DNA from: Candidatus Binatia bacterium
GTDB lineage: Bacteria; Desulfobacterota; Binatia; Bin18
Length of the DNA stretch: 64,000 bases
Reading direction: 5' to 3'
Assembly: GCA_963664395.2 (NCBI GenBank)
Contig: OY761159.2
Span: 3,424,001-3,488,000 of the forward strand
In this document: positions 25,227-34,322 of the stretch, one piece after another
How positions within the stretch are numbered: position 1 is the stretch's first letter
Layout of the letters: the number at the start of each line of letters is the position of its first letter
Made by a program: the position numbers and the translations under genes
The notes under the pieces: model-generated
The model's database searches: none
Seen by the model: only the letters and a program-made list of their open reading frames with translations
Told to the model about the DNA's origin: nothing

Positions 25227-26562
25227 GCCGGAGCGCGGCGATGAGATCGCCTTCACCCAGCGCTTGCTGCTTCCCGGTTGCCAGGTCCTTCAGGGTATAG
25301 AGCCGGCGCTCGACTTCATCGGGTCCGAGAATGAGCGCATAGGGAATCTGCTGGGCGTCCGCGGCTGAGAGTTGGCGCTTCAACTTGCTCTGTTCCGGAT
25401 AGACCTCAACTGTAATTCCTGCCTGCCGCAGGCGCGAGGCAAGTCCGACCGCCGGTGGCAGCGGGGTATCCGGCAGGACGCAGACCATTACCTGGGCCGT
25501 CAGTTGCAGCGCCGGAAACATGTTCCGCTCTTCCATTAAGAGCAGAATACGTTCCAAACCCAGGGAAAAGCCGACCGCCGGCACCTGCTTGTTGCTAAAC
25601 ATGCCAACCAGGTTGTCGTAGCGTCCGCCGCCACCTAACGAGCCACTAAAGTCTTGTGAGACGACTTCGAAGATTGGACCGGTATAGTAGCTCAGGCCAC
25701 GTGCCAGCGCCGGCGCCAGGTGGACATGCGAACCTGCCGGTGCATCCAGAGTTAGGGACAAAAGCGTTTCAAGGTCACCCAGCGCCTGCTGCGCTTCGGG
25801 CTGTGACAGTTGCCCGCGCAACGTTTCCAATACGCCGTGATTGTCCGTTTGTGTTGAGGTCAGAGCGAGCAGACGGTGGGCGGACTCCTGAGCAATCCCA
25901 CGTTGCATGAGTTCTTCCCGAACCCCGTCAACGCCAATTTTGTCCAGCTTATCAATAGCGATGAGAGCGGAACCCTCAAGGCCGGGGTCAATGCCGGCCG
26001 TCCCGATCATGCTGCGAAGAATCACCCGGTGGTTGAGCGCAATTGAGAAGTTCGAAAAACCGAGATCGAGTAAGGCATTGCTGACCGCGTTCATCACCTC
26101 GGCTTCGGCCAGCAGCGACGTTGTGCCAGTCAGATCAACATCGCACTGATAAAACTCACGAAAGCGACCTTTTGCCGGCCGGTCCGCCCGCCAGACGGGT
26201 TGAATCTGATAGCGCTTAAACATCCTGGGCAGGCTGTTGCCATACTGGGCCACGACGCGAGCTAACGGAACCGTGAGATCGTAGCGCAGTCCCAGCTCGG
26301 CCAGGTCCCCGGCTTCGGGGGACTCTTTTTCCAGGGCACGGGTGAGTTTGTCGCCCCGGTGGAGGAGCCGAAAGAGGAGTTGGTCGCCCTCCTCCCCATA
26401 CTTCCCTAACAGCGTGGTCAGATTTTCGATGGCCGGAGTTTCGAGGGGCAGAAAACCATAGCGCTGAAAGACGTCCTCAATCTTCGCCACAACGTAGCGT
26501 CGTTTTGCCACCGTCTCGGGTAAATAATCTCGCATGCCACTGGGCGGCTTGGTACTCGGCAT
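25201..26562 (-). CDS. hisS: histidine--tRNA ligase
   Basis: GMRDYLP, LRYDLTVPLAR, WRADRPAKGRFREFYQCD, LARGLSYYTG, GGGRYDNL, GFSLGLER. Confidence 0.95.
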   Translation of the reverse strand: MPSTKPPSGMRDYLPETVAKRRYVVAKIEDVFQRYGFLPLETPAIENLTTLLGKYGEEGDQLLFRLLHRGDKLTRALEKESPEAGDLAELGLRYDLTVPLARVVAQYGNSLPRMFKRYQIQPVWRADRPAKGRFREFYQCDVDLTGTTSLLAEAEVMNAVSNALLDLGFSNFSIALNHRVILRSMIGTAGIDPGLEGSALIAIDKLDKIGVDGVREELMQRGIAQESAHRLLALTSTQTDNHGVLETLRGQLSQPEAQQALGDLETLLSLTLDAPAGSHVHLAPALARGLSYYTGPIFEVVSQDFSGSLGGGGRYDNLVGMFSNKQVPAVGFSLGLERILLLMEERNMFPALQLTAQVMVCVLPDTPLPPAVGLASRLRQAGITVEVYPEQSKLKRQLSAADAQQIPYALILGPDEVERRLYTLKDLATGKQQALGEGDLIAALRPKTPPQAA

Positions 26563-26685
26563 AAGGTCACCTTTGGCAGTTGGAGTCAGTGAAGAAGTGT
26601 ATCCGTTCCTGAGAGAGCTGTCAGGGCCGTAGGTCGAATTAGCGGAGCGTAATCCGGCACCAGAGCTCACCTCGTACGTTTCGAT

Positions 26686-28632
26686 TCAGCCCCGGACCGC
26701 CGCCCGGAGGGCTGCGCGTCCCTTGTCCGACAAGGAGAGACGACGCTCCCATATGCCGTGGCTTTGCACCTGGCCAATGCGTTCCAGGCGACTGACGACC
26801 ACGCCGAGGGCCGAGGCATTCGCCTCAAGCGCTCCTCCCAAGGTGCGTAGCGTCTGCGGGCCGCTCTCAATCTGCCTGAGGACCTGGAGTCCAAGGGCGT
26901 GGACTGAAGAGGGCGGCGGGGTAGATTCTCCAGATTCTTCACTATCTCCACGATCCTCCACCCGTTGCTCTCCTTGGGGAGTAATCCTAAGGGTGAAAAA
27001 GTCCGGGCCTGATTGAGCCTGACGCCGGACCAGGCCAGCGGCTATCAGTTCATTAACCAGGTGGTTCCCGTGCGCGGCGTCCATTCCAAGAAAATCGGTC
27101 AGCTCAACCATCTGTCCATAGCCTTGGTGAAGCAGGTCCAGGAACTGTTCATGCTCGGCGGTGAGGGGGGAGGGTTCCTGGTCAACTCCTACGCGCCCGT
27201 CCCGTTGGTTTACCGGCCGTGAAGTTGCCAGTGAGATCAGAACGATCAAAGGCAGGGTGACGAAGGTTCCGATAAGAACCGTATGCGTTGACCAGGCGGT
27301 CACGCCCGTCAGCTGTAAGCCCTCGTATACGAGCATGACCAGCATCCCGATGAGCGTCCCCCAAAACGCGCCCGCGGCGGTTATCCGCGACCAGCGGTGC
27401 CCGAGTAAAAAGATCAGAGCCGCCGGCCCCAGCATCGCGCAGCTGATGGCCAGCAGAAAATAGGGCCCGCCGGGGTAAAAACTTAACAGCCAAATGCCGC
27501 CGCCGGTGACGACGGTGAGAAGCCGGCTGATACGCAAGACCTGCTCGCGGGTTGCCTCCGGATGCAGAAAGCGTTGATACAGGTCACGCACCAGGGTCGA
27601 GGTAATCCCCAGGTGGGCGTTGCTGGTGGTTGAGATGGTGGCCGCCAAGGCCGCCACCAAGCCGAAGAGCGCCACCCCCGGGGGGAGGTCGCGCATCAGC
27701 ATGCCATACGCACTCATGGGGTTGGCCCCACCGAGAAAGGCTGTGCGGTACACACTCCCCGCGTACAATCCGAGCATGCCCAACGCACCGTGGACTATCA
27801 GGACGACGACGGCCCCACCAATCAGATATTGCCAGCGCGCGACAAACTCGGTACGGGCCGCCGCGGCGCGCAGCCAGTAGTAGTTGCCACCCCACTGAAT
27901 AAACATGCCCACCACCAGGGAGACGGTGATAATGCTGGGATAGCTCAGGCGTAACCACGGAAACGTGCCGGCCGTTCCCTGGGTCAACGGAGCCGAGGAA
28001 ACAAACTGGGCCTGGATCATGTCCCAGCCACCAAACGTCCACGCACAGTAGCCGACTAGGGCCGGCAGCAGGATGAAGCCCAGAATAACCTGCACGACAT
28101 CGGTCAGGGTCAATGCCCACAGGCCGCCGAGGAGGAGAAACATGAGGTGGCCGCCGAGAATCAGCGTCACCATCAGCCACAGCGGAGCGTCAAGAAAGCC
28201 GATCATAATCAGCGCCATGGCAATGACATTCATGGCGACCAGGCCGGTCACACCGAGGAGGGTGGCAATGCTGACCACCAAGCGGGTCCGGGCATCAAAG
28301 CGCATTTCCAACCACTCCGGCAGGGTGTAGGCACCGGAGCGACGGATATACGGACAGGCCAGCAGGCCGTATATCCAATAACCAACGACCGCCGGCAGGC
28401 TAATGCCCCACACCCAGCCAAAAAAGCCGTACTGAATGGTCAGGCCCGGGATAATGCTGGTGACACTGCCGGCAAACGCGATCCCACAAATCCCGGCAAT
28501 ACCGGGGAGCAGACTGACCTGACGGCCGGCAAGCAGATAATCGGCATCGGTCGAAACCCAGCGTTTGGCATACCAGCCCAGAGACCAGAGAATAGCGATC
28601 AGGATGAGAACGGACAGGCCGGAGATAAGCAC
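26686..28632 (-). CDS. sodium:solute symporter family protein fused to two C-terminal winged-helix domains
   Basis: DYLLAGR, YTLPEWLEMRFD..R, GGL.A..LTDVVQ, AATIST, RDLYQRF, AGAFWG; about 13 TM. Then two MarR-like segments ending LRITPQG and LSLSDKG. Confidence 0.85.
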   Translation of the reverse strand: MLISGLSVLILIAILWSLGWYAKRWVSTDADYLLAGRQVSLLPGIAGICGIAFAGSVTSIIPGLTIQYGFFGWVWGISLPAVVGYWIYGLLACPYIRRSGAYTLPEWLEMRFDARTRLVVSIATLLGVTGLVAMNVIAMALIMIGFLDAPLWLMVTLILGGHLMFLLLGGLWALTLTDVVQVILGFILLPALVGYCAWTFGGWDMIQAQFVSSAPLTQGTAGTFPWLRLSYPSIITVSLVVGMFIQWGGNYYWLRAAAARTEFVARWQYLIGGAVVVLIVHGALGMLGLYAGSVYRTAFLGGANPMSAYGMLMRDLPPGVALFGLVAALAATISTTSNAHLGITSTLVRDLYQRFLHPEATREQVLRISRLLTVVTGGGIWLLSFYPGGPYFLLAISCAMLGPAALIFLLGHRWSRITAAGAFWGTLIGMLVMLVYEGLQLTGVTAWSTHTVLIGTFVTLPLIVLISLATSRPVNQRDGRVGVDQEPSPLTAEHEQFLDLLHQGYGQMVELTDFLGMDAAHGNHLVNELIAAGLVRRQAQSGPDFFTLRITPQGEQRVEDRGDSEESGESTPPPSSVHALGLQVLRQIESGPQTLRTLGGALEANASALGVVVSRLERIGQVQSHGIWERRLSLSDKGRAALRAAVRG

Positions 28633-28813
28633 GGACTTCCTTGCCCCCTTGCTTCTTCAATAAGCGTTCCGTGTCCTGATAGCGTAAGCAAGCCGGAGGA
28701 CACAAGGCGTACCGGATTCGATGCGCTTCGACTCACCTGAAAATTTTGCGCGTTGGGTTGCATAATTGCTACTGACCAAATACTGAGGCTTTGAATCAAA
28801 AAAGGAGAAACGC

Positions 28814-29872
28814 ATGACCCAATATGTCTACGCTGGTGCGTCGCAGTTTTCCAGGAACGGCCACACCGCTCCACTCAGCGGCCTGTGTCGTCAAAGAGTC
28901 GGGGAGGCGGAGTGGCAGATTTTGAGCCAGGGCCTCCCGGAGCAGGCTGAGATTCGGGCCATTCTTATCCACCCTGATAATCCGCAGCTGCTATATGTCG
29001 GCACCCAGCAGGGGCCGTACCGCAGTACGGATGGCGGGGCGCACTGGGAGCGGCTGGATTTTCCGGACGCCGGGATGGCCGTATGGTCGTTGCTGTTTCG
29101 CCCAAATGATCCGCAGGTCCTGTATTGCGGCACCGCCCCTGCTGCCATCTATCGGAGTGACAACGGCGGCGACACCTGGAAACGCCTGACCCTTGCCGAG
29201 CCTGCCGGCATGGTTGAAATGGGTTTTCCGTGCCGTATCATCGACCTTGCAGCTGATCCCAACAATCCGGATGCGCTGTATGCCGGCCTGGAGGTCGGCG
29301 GAGTCATCCGCAGCGGAGACGGCGGCGACACCTGGGAGGACTGTACCAAAGCACTGCTCCAGTTTGCCGAGCAGGATTATTTGAAGAGTCGTATTTTGAG
29401 TAATACCGATGCCGAAGGCATGATGGACACGCATGCCGTGGCGCTGAGCGCGGCTCAGCCGGGCACCGTCTTTCTCGCTACACGCATGGGTCTCTTCCAA
29501 AGCCCGGACCAGGGCCAGACCTGGGCTGATATGGAAATCTGGCGCTCTTCGCCGTTGACGTATACGCGCGATATCCAGGTCGCCCCCAGTGACCCCAACA
29601 CGCTCTACGCCGCCCTGAGTCCGGGGGCGCTCAGCTTGAACGGCTCTGTCTATCGCAGCCCGGACCTGGGTCAGACCTGGCAGCGCTTTGCTCAGGGCAT
29701 CACCGCCCGGAGTACGATGATGACCGTTGCTCTCAGCCGCCAGGACCCGCAGCTCGCGTACTGTGGCACACGGGAAGGCCAGGTGTTCGGCACCCAGGAC
29801 GGCGGGACGACCTGGGGCGAGTCTGCGCTGCCGGACGGATGCCAGAACGTCTATACCTTGGCATGCGGATAA
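28814..29872 (+). CDS. BNR/Asp-box beta-propeller protein
   Basis: Repeated S.DGG.TW motifs (RSTDGGAHW, RSDNGGDTW, RSGDGGDTW, SPDQGQTW); AGGAG RBS. Confidence 0.85.
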   Translation: MTQYVYAGASQFSRNGHTAPLSGLCRQRVGEAEWQILSQGLPEQAEIRAILIHPDNPQLLYVGTQQGPYRSTDGGAHWERLDFPDAGMAVWSLLFRPNDPQVLYCGTAPAAIYRSDNGGDTWKRLTLAEPAGMVEMGFPCRIIDLAADPNNPDALYAGLEVGGVIRSGDGGDTWEDCTKALLQFAEQDYLKSRILSNTDAEGMMDTHAVALSAAQPGTVFLATRMGLFQSPDQGQTWADMEIWRSSPLTYTRDIQVAPSDPNTLYAALSPGALSLNGSVYRSPDLGQTWQRFAQGITARSTMMTVALSRQDPQLAYCGTREGQVFGTQDGGTTWGESALPDGCQNVYTLACG

Positions 29873-29917
29873 AAGCCGCTGGGCAGGGATTGAAGAATAG
29901 AATACCTACCAAACGTA

Positions 29918-30159
29918 GGTAGTGTCTCACTTTGAAATTGCTTCTCCTCGCCGCTGATTGCCTGCCCATCTTTTTCGACGCCCTCGTCATTTTTTTTCAC
30001 TTCCTACTAATTTTGGTAGGGACAAGGGCGGCAAATTATGCACAGTATCCCTTTATCAGCGAGGCTAAAATTATCAGTGAGGCCAAAACACTGCGGCAGG
30101 CGGAGTCAAGGTCCGCCATACGAGAGCGAAAGCCAAAGGATTCAAACTGAGACACTACC
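29918..30159. mobile_element. MITE copy 2 (242 bp)
   Basis: Same TIRs as copy 1. 8-bp TSD CAAACGTA at 29910-29917 and 30160-30167. Confidence 0.9.
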
Positions 30160-30163
30160 CAAA

Positions 30164-30200
30164 CGTACGGGAGTCGCGACCCGTGCGATGGCGAATAGGC
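30164..30200 (+). promoter_or_regulatory. conserved leader hairpin motif (copy 2)
   Basis: CGTACGGG-AGTCGCGA-CCCGTGCG-N3-GCGAATAGGC. Confidence 0.5.
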
Positions 30201-30267
30201 GGAATCATCATTCCATCAATTGGAGCGTGGAGGCGATTCCGAAGTGACGGAAGCAGGACTCACGACA

Positions 30268-33200
30268 ATGCGGCAGCACGCAGGACGCGTACTGCTGGGA
30301 GCGATGCTGGCCTTAGTCGGGTCAAACGCTTCGGCCCAAACCCCGGCGGTAACGGTGTATTTCGGCGACTCCGCCTACTCTGTAAACGAAGGCGGCAGCG
30401 TGGCGGTGCAAGTCCAATTGAGCGCCGACCCCGAGCGCGCCCTGACCATTCCCCTGGAAGCGACACCCGGCGCCGCTATTGTGACCATCGCCGACAACGA
30501 CGATCCGGCGGTGACGGTCTCGTTTGGCTCGGCGACCTCCACCGTCACCGAAGGCTGGACCGTAGACGTGATGGTGACGCTGAGCGCCGACCCCGAGCGG
30601 ACCGTGACGATTCCAGTCGAGGCGTCGCCTGCTGCGTCCGGCGATTATTCGATACCCGGCAGTGTCACGTTTAATGCCGGCGAGACGCAAAAGCCCGTCA
30701 ATTTCGCCACGGTCGACGACACGGTGGTCGAAAACGCGGAGACGTTCACCTTATCTTTCGGCAGTGACCTGCCAGAGGGAGTCAGCGCGAGCGGTCAGAC
30801 CACCACCCAGGTGACTATTACGGACGACGACGCACCGGACCCCGGCGGGCTGGAGCTGAGCGCGCTCGCGGTGACCGATGGGGTGGGAAGCATGTACCCG
30901 GTCTTTAATCCCAGGACGTACCACTACGCCATACGTTGCCCGGATGCCACCACCTTACGCGTGACGGCAACCGCGGGAGACGCCTTGCACCAACTGACAC
31001 TGAACAATATCCCGGTACCGGGCATGGAACTGGACAAAAACGTCGTCGTGGACAGCGACCATGATATCGCAATCGAACTCAGCGGCGGCGGTGACTCGGT
31101 GACCTATATCGTGCACTGCATCCCCTCGAATTTTCCCAACATCAAGATCACCAAGAAGCAGGCTGGTGTGTCGGATGGCCTGATGTTCTTCACGCCTGCG
31201 CGGAATCTTGGCTCTCGAACTCCGGCCTTTCTGGCCATCATGGACAACAACGGCGTGCCCAGATTCGTCAGACCCTCCCCGGACAAGATTCCGCTGAACT
31301 TCCGCCGTCATGTCACCGACCTCGAGATCGACGGACGGCCCGTACACTATTCGGTCACGCACCGCCTCGGGTCGTCGTTTGACGGCGGGCACTCCCTGCT
31401 CGATGCCTCCTTCAACGTCATCGGGACCGTAGAAACGACGCACGCGGATCACACCGCCAGCCTGCATGATTTTCTGATCACCGAAGACGACACCTTCCTG
31501 TTTTTCTCCCACGGGACTGTGACCCGCGACGTTGGGGGGAATGAAAAAAGTACAGTCGAGAACGTTATTGAGGAGGTCTCGCCAACCGGAGAAGTATTGT
31601 GGAGTTGGAACTCCTGGGACCATCTGACGATCGATCCCGACTGTCTGGAGTATAGGTATGGCTTGAGATCGGACCCGCCCATTACTGCGCACATCAACGC
31701 CCTCACCTTGATCGACGGAGATGTTGTCGCGTCATCCAGGGGCTGCGCGCAAGTCGTGAGGATCAACCGGTCCGGGAAATCGGAGACGGATGACGGCACC
31801 GACCTCGTGTGGCAACTCGGCGGGACGGACCAGGACGCCGACGACCGCGCATTCCTGGCGATCAGCGGCGACGAGAGCGGCAGGAATGAATTTTGCCGGC
31901 AGCACCATGCAACGGAGACCGCTGCGGGGACGGTGGTGTTGTTCGACAACGGCGTGAACTGCCTGTCCGCGGAAATGGGCGAGCCCAATGGGCGGGAAAG
32001 AGGCGACCTCCCAACGTTCTCCAGAGCCGTAGAGTATGACATCGACACGGCCACCGGCACGGCCGAGTTCCACCGCGAGGTCCGGCTGGACCGCAGGTAC
32101 GGCTATGCTCCTTTTACCGGCAGCGTCGACATACTGGAAAACGGGCACTGGCTGATCAACTGGGGCTATCTGCGCTATGCGGATCCCAGCCTGAGCGTGG
32201 AGGAATATTCGATAGCCATCAGCGAGGTGGACGCTTCTGGCACCGAGTTGTTGCAAGTCAAAACTTGGGAGTGGGAGGGCACCTCTCGTTACAGCACGTT
32301 CCGGGTGTACCGGGAATCCGAGGCCGACGTGGAAATCCCGCTGAATCTCCCGGTGACGCTGACGCTGGAGAGCGAGCGAGCGGCAGAGAGCGCCGGGGAG
32401 ATGGTGTTCGAGGTCGAGCTGAGCGTGGCGAGTAGTGAGGAGATAACCGTAGACTATGAGACCGCGAATGGCACGGCGACGGCGGGCCAGGACTACACGG
32501 CACAGAGCGGCACGCTGAGGTTCCCGGCGAACAGTACGACCCCACAGGAGATCTGCGTCCCCATCCTCAACGACGCCATGGACGAGGCCGAGGAAGAGAC
32601 GTTTACAGTGCGGCTACGCAACGCGACGAACGCGACCTTGGCAGGTGGCGGGACAACCTTGACAGCGACGGGGACGATTACGGACGATGACGAGCCGGTG
32701 GTGGCGGTGTCATTCAAAGCGGCACGCTACACGGTGGACGAAGGCAAGGCCGTCGAGGTCACGGTGCGGCTGAGTGCCGACCCGGAACGCCAGGTGGAGA
32801 TTCCGTTGACGCGCACGCCTGGGAACAACGTGGAGCCGTCTGACTACTCGGGAGTGCCGGACATGGTCGTGTTCGAGAGCGGCGACCGTGAACGGAGTTT
32901 TTCCTTTATTGCTCTGGCCGACCAGGAGGAGGAGGCCGCCGAGACGGTCACCATCGACTTAGGCGTGCCGCTGCCGACCGGGGTGGAGCTGGGCAGTCCC
33001 GCTACGACGGTCGTGATGATTGGGAGGCTGTCCCCACTACCGCCACCACCACCGCCTGGCGGTGGCGGGGAGGACCGCCGTGACCTGCATGGTAACACCC
33101 CCGCCCAAGCGACCCGTGTCCGGCTGGGCAGTTCCGCGCCCTGGGCGTCTTCCACGGACGGGCAGATCAACCCGGCCAGCGAGGTGGATTACTTCACCCT

Positions 33201-34281
33201 CATGGTGCCGCAGGCCGGCGTGCTGGTGGTCCAGACCACCGGCTCCACCGCGACCGTGGGCATGGCATGGCAGGCCGGCGTGGAGCTGGGCAGCGCGGAC
33301 AGGGGCGGCGTGCGCCAGAACTTCCGGCTCAGCGTACCGGTGGCAGCCGGGCCGGTGGTGATTGCCGTGGCCGGGCAGGGGAGTCGGACCGGGAGTTATA
33401 CCGTAGAGACCCGCCTGATGGTGGGGTATCTGGAGAACCCCGGGAATACCTCCTTTCAGAGCGGCATCGGCGTGCTGTCGGGCTGGGTGTGTGCGGCCGA
33501 GGAAGTTGAGATCACGCTCGGGGCGTTGACCCCGCAGATGGCCGCCTACGGCACCGAGCGACTGGACACGGCCAGCAAGTGTGGGGATACGGACACCGGG
33601 TTTGGGTTGCCGTTCAACTGGAACCTGCTGGGCGACGGGGCACATGAAGTGGTCGCCCTGGTCGATGGTGTGGAATTGGACCGGGCCACCGTGACGGTGA
33701 CGACGCTAGGGCAGGAGTTTCTGCGCGGTGTTGAAGGCACGTGTACGGTGTCCGACTTTCCGAGCCTGGGCAAGACGGTCACCCTCCTGTGGCAAGAGGC
33801 GAGGCAGAACTTCGCCATTGCGGACGGCGCAGCCCCGAGTGGGGAGACTCGTTCCGGGGCGGCGGACGTGGGGTATCTGGAGAATCCGAGCCCGAACTCG
33901 TTCCAGAGTGGGGTAGGGGTGCTCTCCGGCTGGGTGTGTGAGGCCGAGGAAGTGGAGATCATGCTGGGGGACTTAGCCCCGCAGATGGCGGCCTACGGCA
34001 CCGAGCGGCTGGACACGGCCAGCGAGTGTGGGGATACGGACAATGGGTTTGGCTTATTATTCAACTGGAACCTGCTGGGCGCCGGGGAGTATGTCGTGGT
34101 GGCCCGGGTGGATGGGGAAGAACTGGGCCGGACCACCGTGCGGGTGACGACCCTGGGGGCGGAGTTTCTGCGCGGAGTTGCGGGGGAATGTACGGTCGCA
34201 GACTTCCCCATGACAGGCGAGACGGTCACGCTGGAGTGGCAACAGAACAGTCAGAACTTTGTGATTACGGATTTCGAGTGA
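30268..34281 (+). CDS. large secreted multidomain protein: Calx-beta repeats, arylsulfotransferase (ASST)-like propeller, two conserved C-terminal repeat domains
   Basis: Signal peptide ending ASA-Q; VTI.DDD Calx-beta motifs; ASST motifs LHDF, HINAL, FCRQHHA, LFDNG, SRAVEY; poly-Pro linker; tandem LENP...SGWVC domains at 33424-33819 and 33871-34278. Confidence 0.85.
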   Translation: MRQHAGRVLLGAMLALVGSNASAQTPAVTVYFGDSAYSVNEGGSVAVQVQLSADPERALTIPLEATPGAAIVTIADNDDPAVTVSFGSATSTVTEGWTVDVMVTLSADPERTVTIPVEASPAASGDYSIPGSVTFNAGETQKPVNFATVDDTVVENAETFTLSFGSDLPEGVSASGQTTTQVTITDDDAPDPGGLELSALAVTDGVGSMYPVFNPRTYHYAIRCPDATTLRVTATAGDALHQLTLNNIPVPGMELDKNVVVDSDHDIAIELSGGGDSVTYIVHCIPSNFPNIKITKKQAGVSDGLMFFTPARNLGSRTPAFLAIMDNNGVPRFVRPSPDKIPLNFRRHVTDLEIDGRPVHYSVTHRLGSSFDGGHSLLDASFNVIGTVETTHADHTASLHDFLITEDDTFLFFSHGTVTRDVGGNEKSTVENVIEEVSPTGEVLWSWNSWDHLTIDPDCLEYRYGLRSDPPITAHINALTLIDGDVVASSRGCAQVVRINRSGKSETDDGTDLVWQLGGTDQDADDRAFLAISGDESGRNEFCRQHHATETAAGTVVLFDNGVNCLSAEMGEPNGRERGDLPTFSRAVEYDIDTATGTAEFHREVRLDRRYGYAPFTGSVDILENGHWLINWGYLRYADPSLSVEEYSIAISEVDASGTELLQVKTWEWEGTSRYSTFRVYRESEADVEIPLNLPVTLTLESERAAESAGEMVFEVELSVASSEEITVDYETANGTATAGQDYTAQSGTLRFPANSTTPQEICVPILNDAMDEAEEETFTVRLRNATNATLAGGGTTLTATGTITDDDEPVVAVSFKAARYTVDEGKAVEVTVRLSADPERQVEIPLTRTPGNNVEPSDYSGVPDMVVFESGDRERSFSFIALADQEEEAAETVTIDLGVPLPTGVELGSPATTVVMIGRLSPLPPPPPPGGGGEDRRDLHGNTPAQATRVRLGSSAPWASSTDGQINPASEVDYFTLMVPQAGVLVVQTTGSTATVGMAWQAGVELGSADRGGVRQNFRLSVPVAAGPVVIAVAGQGSRTGSYTVETRLMVGYLENPGNTSFQSGIGVLSGWVCAAEEVEITLGALTPQMAAYGTERLDTASKCGDTDTGFGLPFNWNLLGDGAHEVVALVDGVELDRATVTVTTLGQEFLRGVEGTCTVSDFPSLGKTVTLLWQEARQNFAIADGAAPSGETRSGAADVGYLENPSPNSFQSGVGVLSGWVCEAEEVEIMLGDLAPQMAAYGTERLDTASECGDTDNGFGLLFNWNLLGAGEYVVVARVDGEELGRTTVRVTTLGAEFLRGVAGECTVADFPMTGETVTLEWQQNSQNFVITDFE

Positions 34282-34322
34282 GTGGGACAACAGCGGGGCT
34301 GATGCGGGCTGCGTACGCAAGC

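Noticed and set aside
28633-28813. Riboswitch upstream of the symporter fusion
   Set aside because: Only a short GTGTCCT/AGGACAC stem is visible; no known aptamer consensus was recognised.
2987-34278. Diversity-generating retroelement template/variable repeat pair
   Set aside because: All three copies are coding, differences are not confined to adenines, and no reverse transcriptase is in the window.
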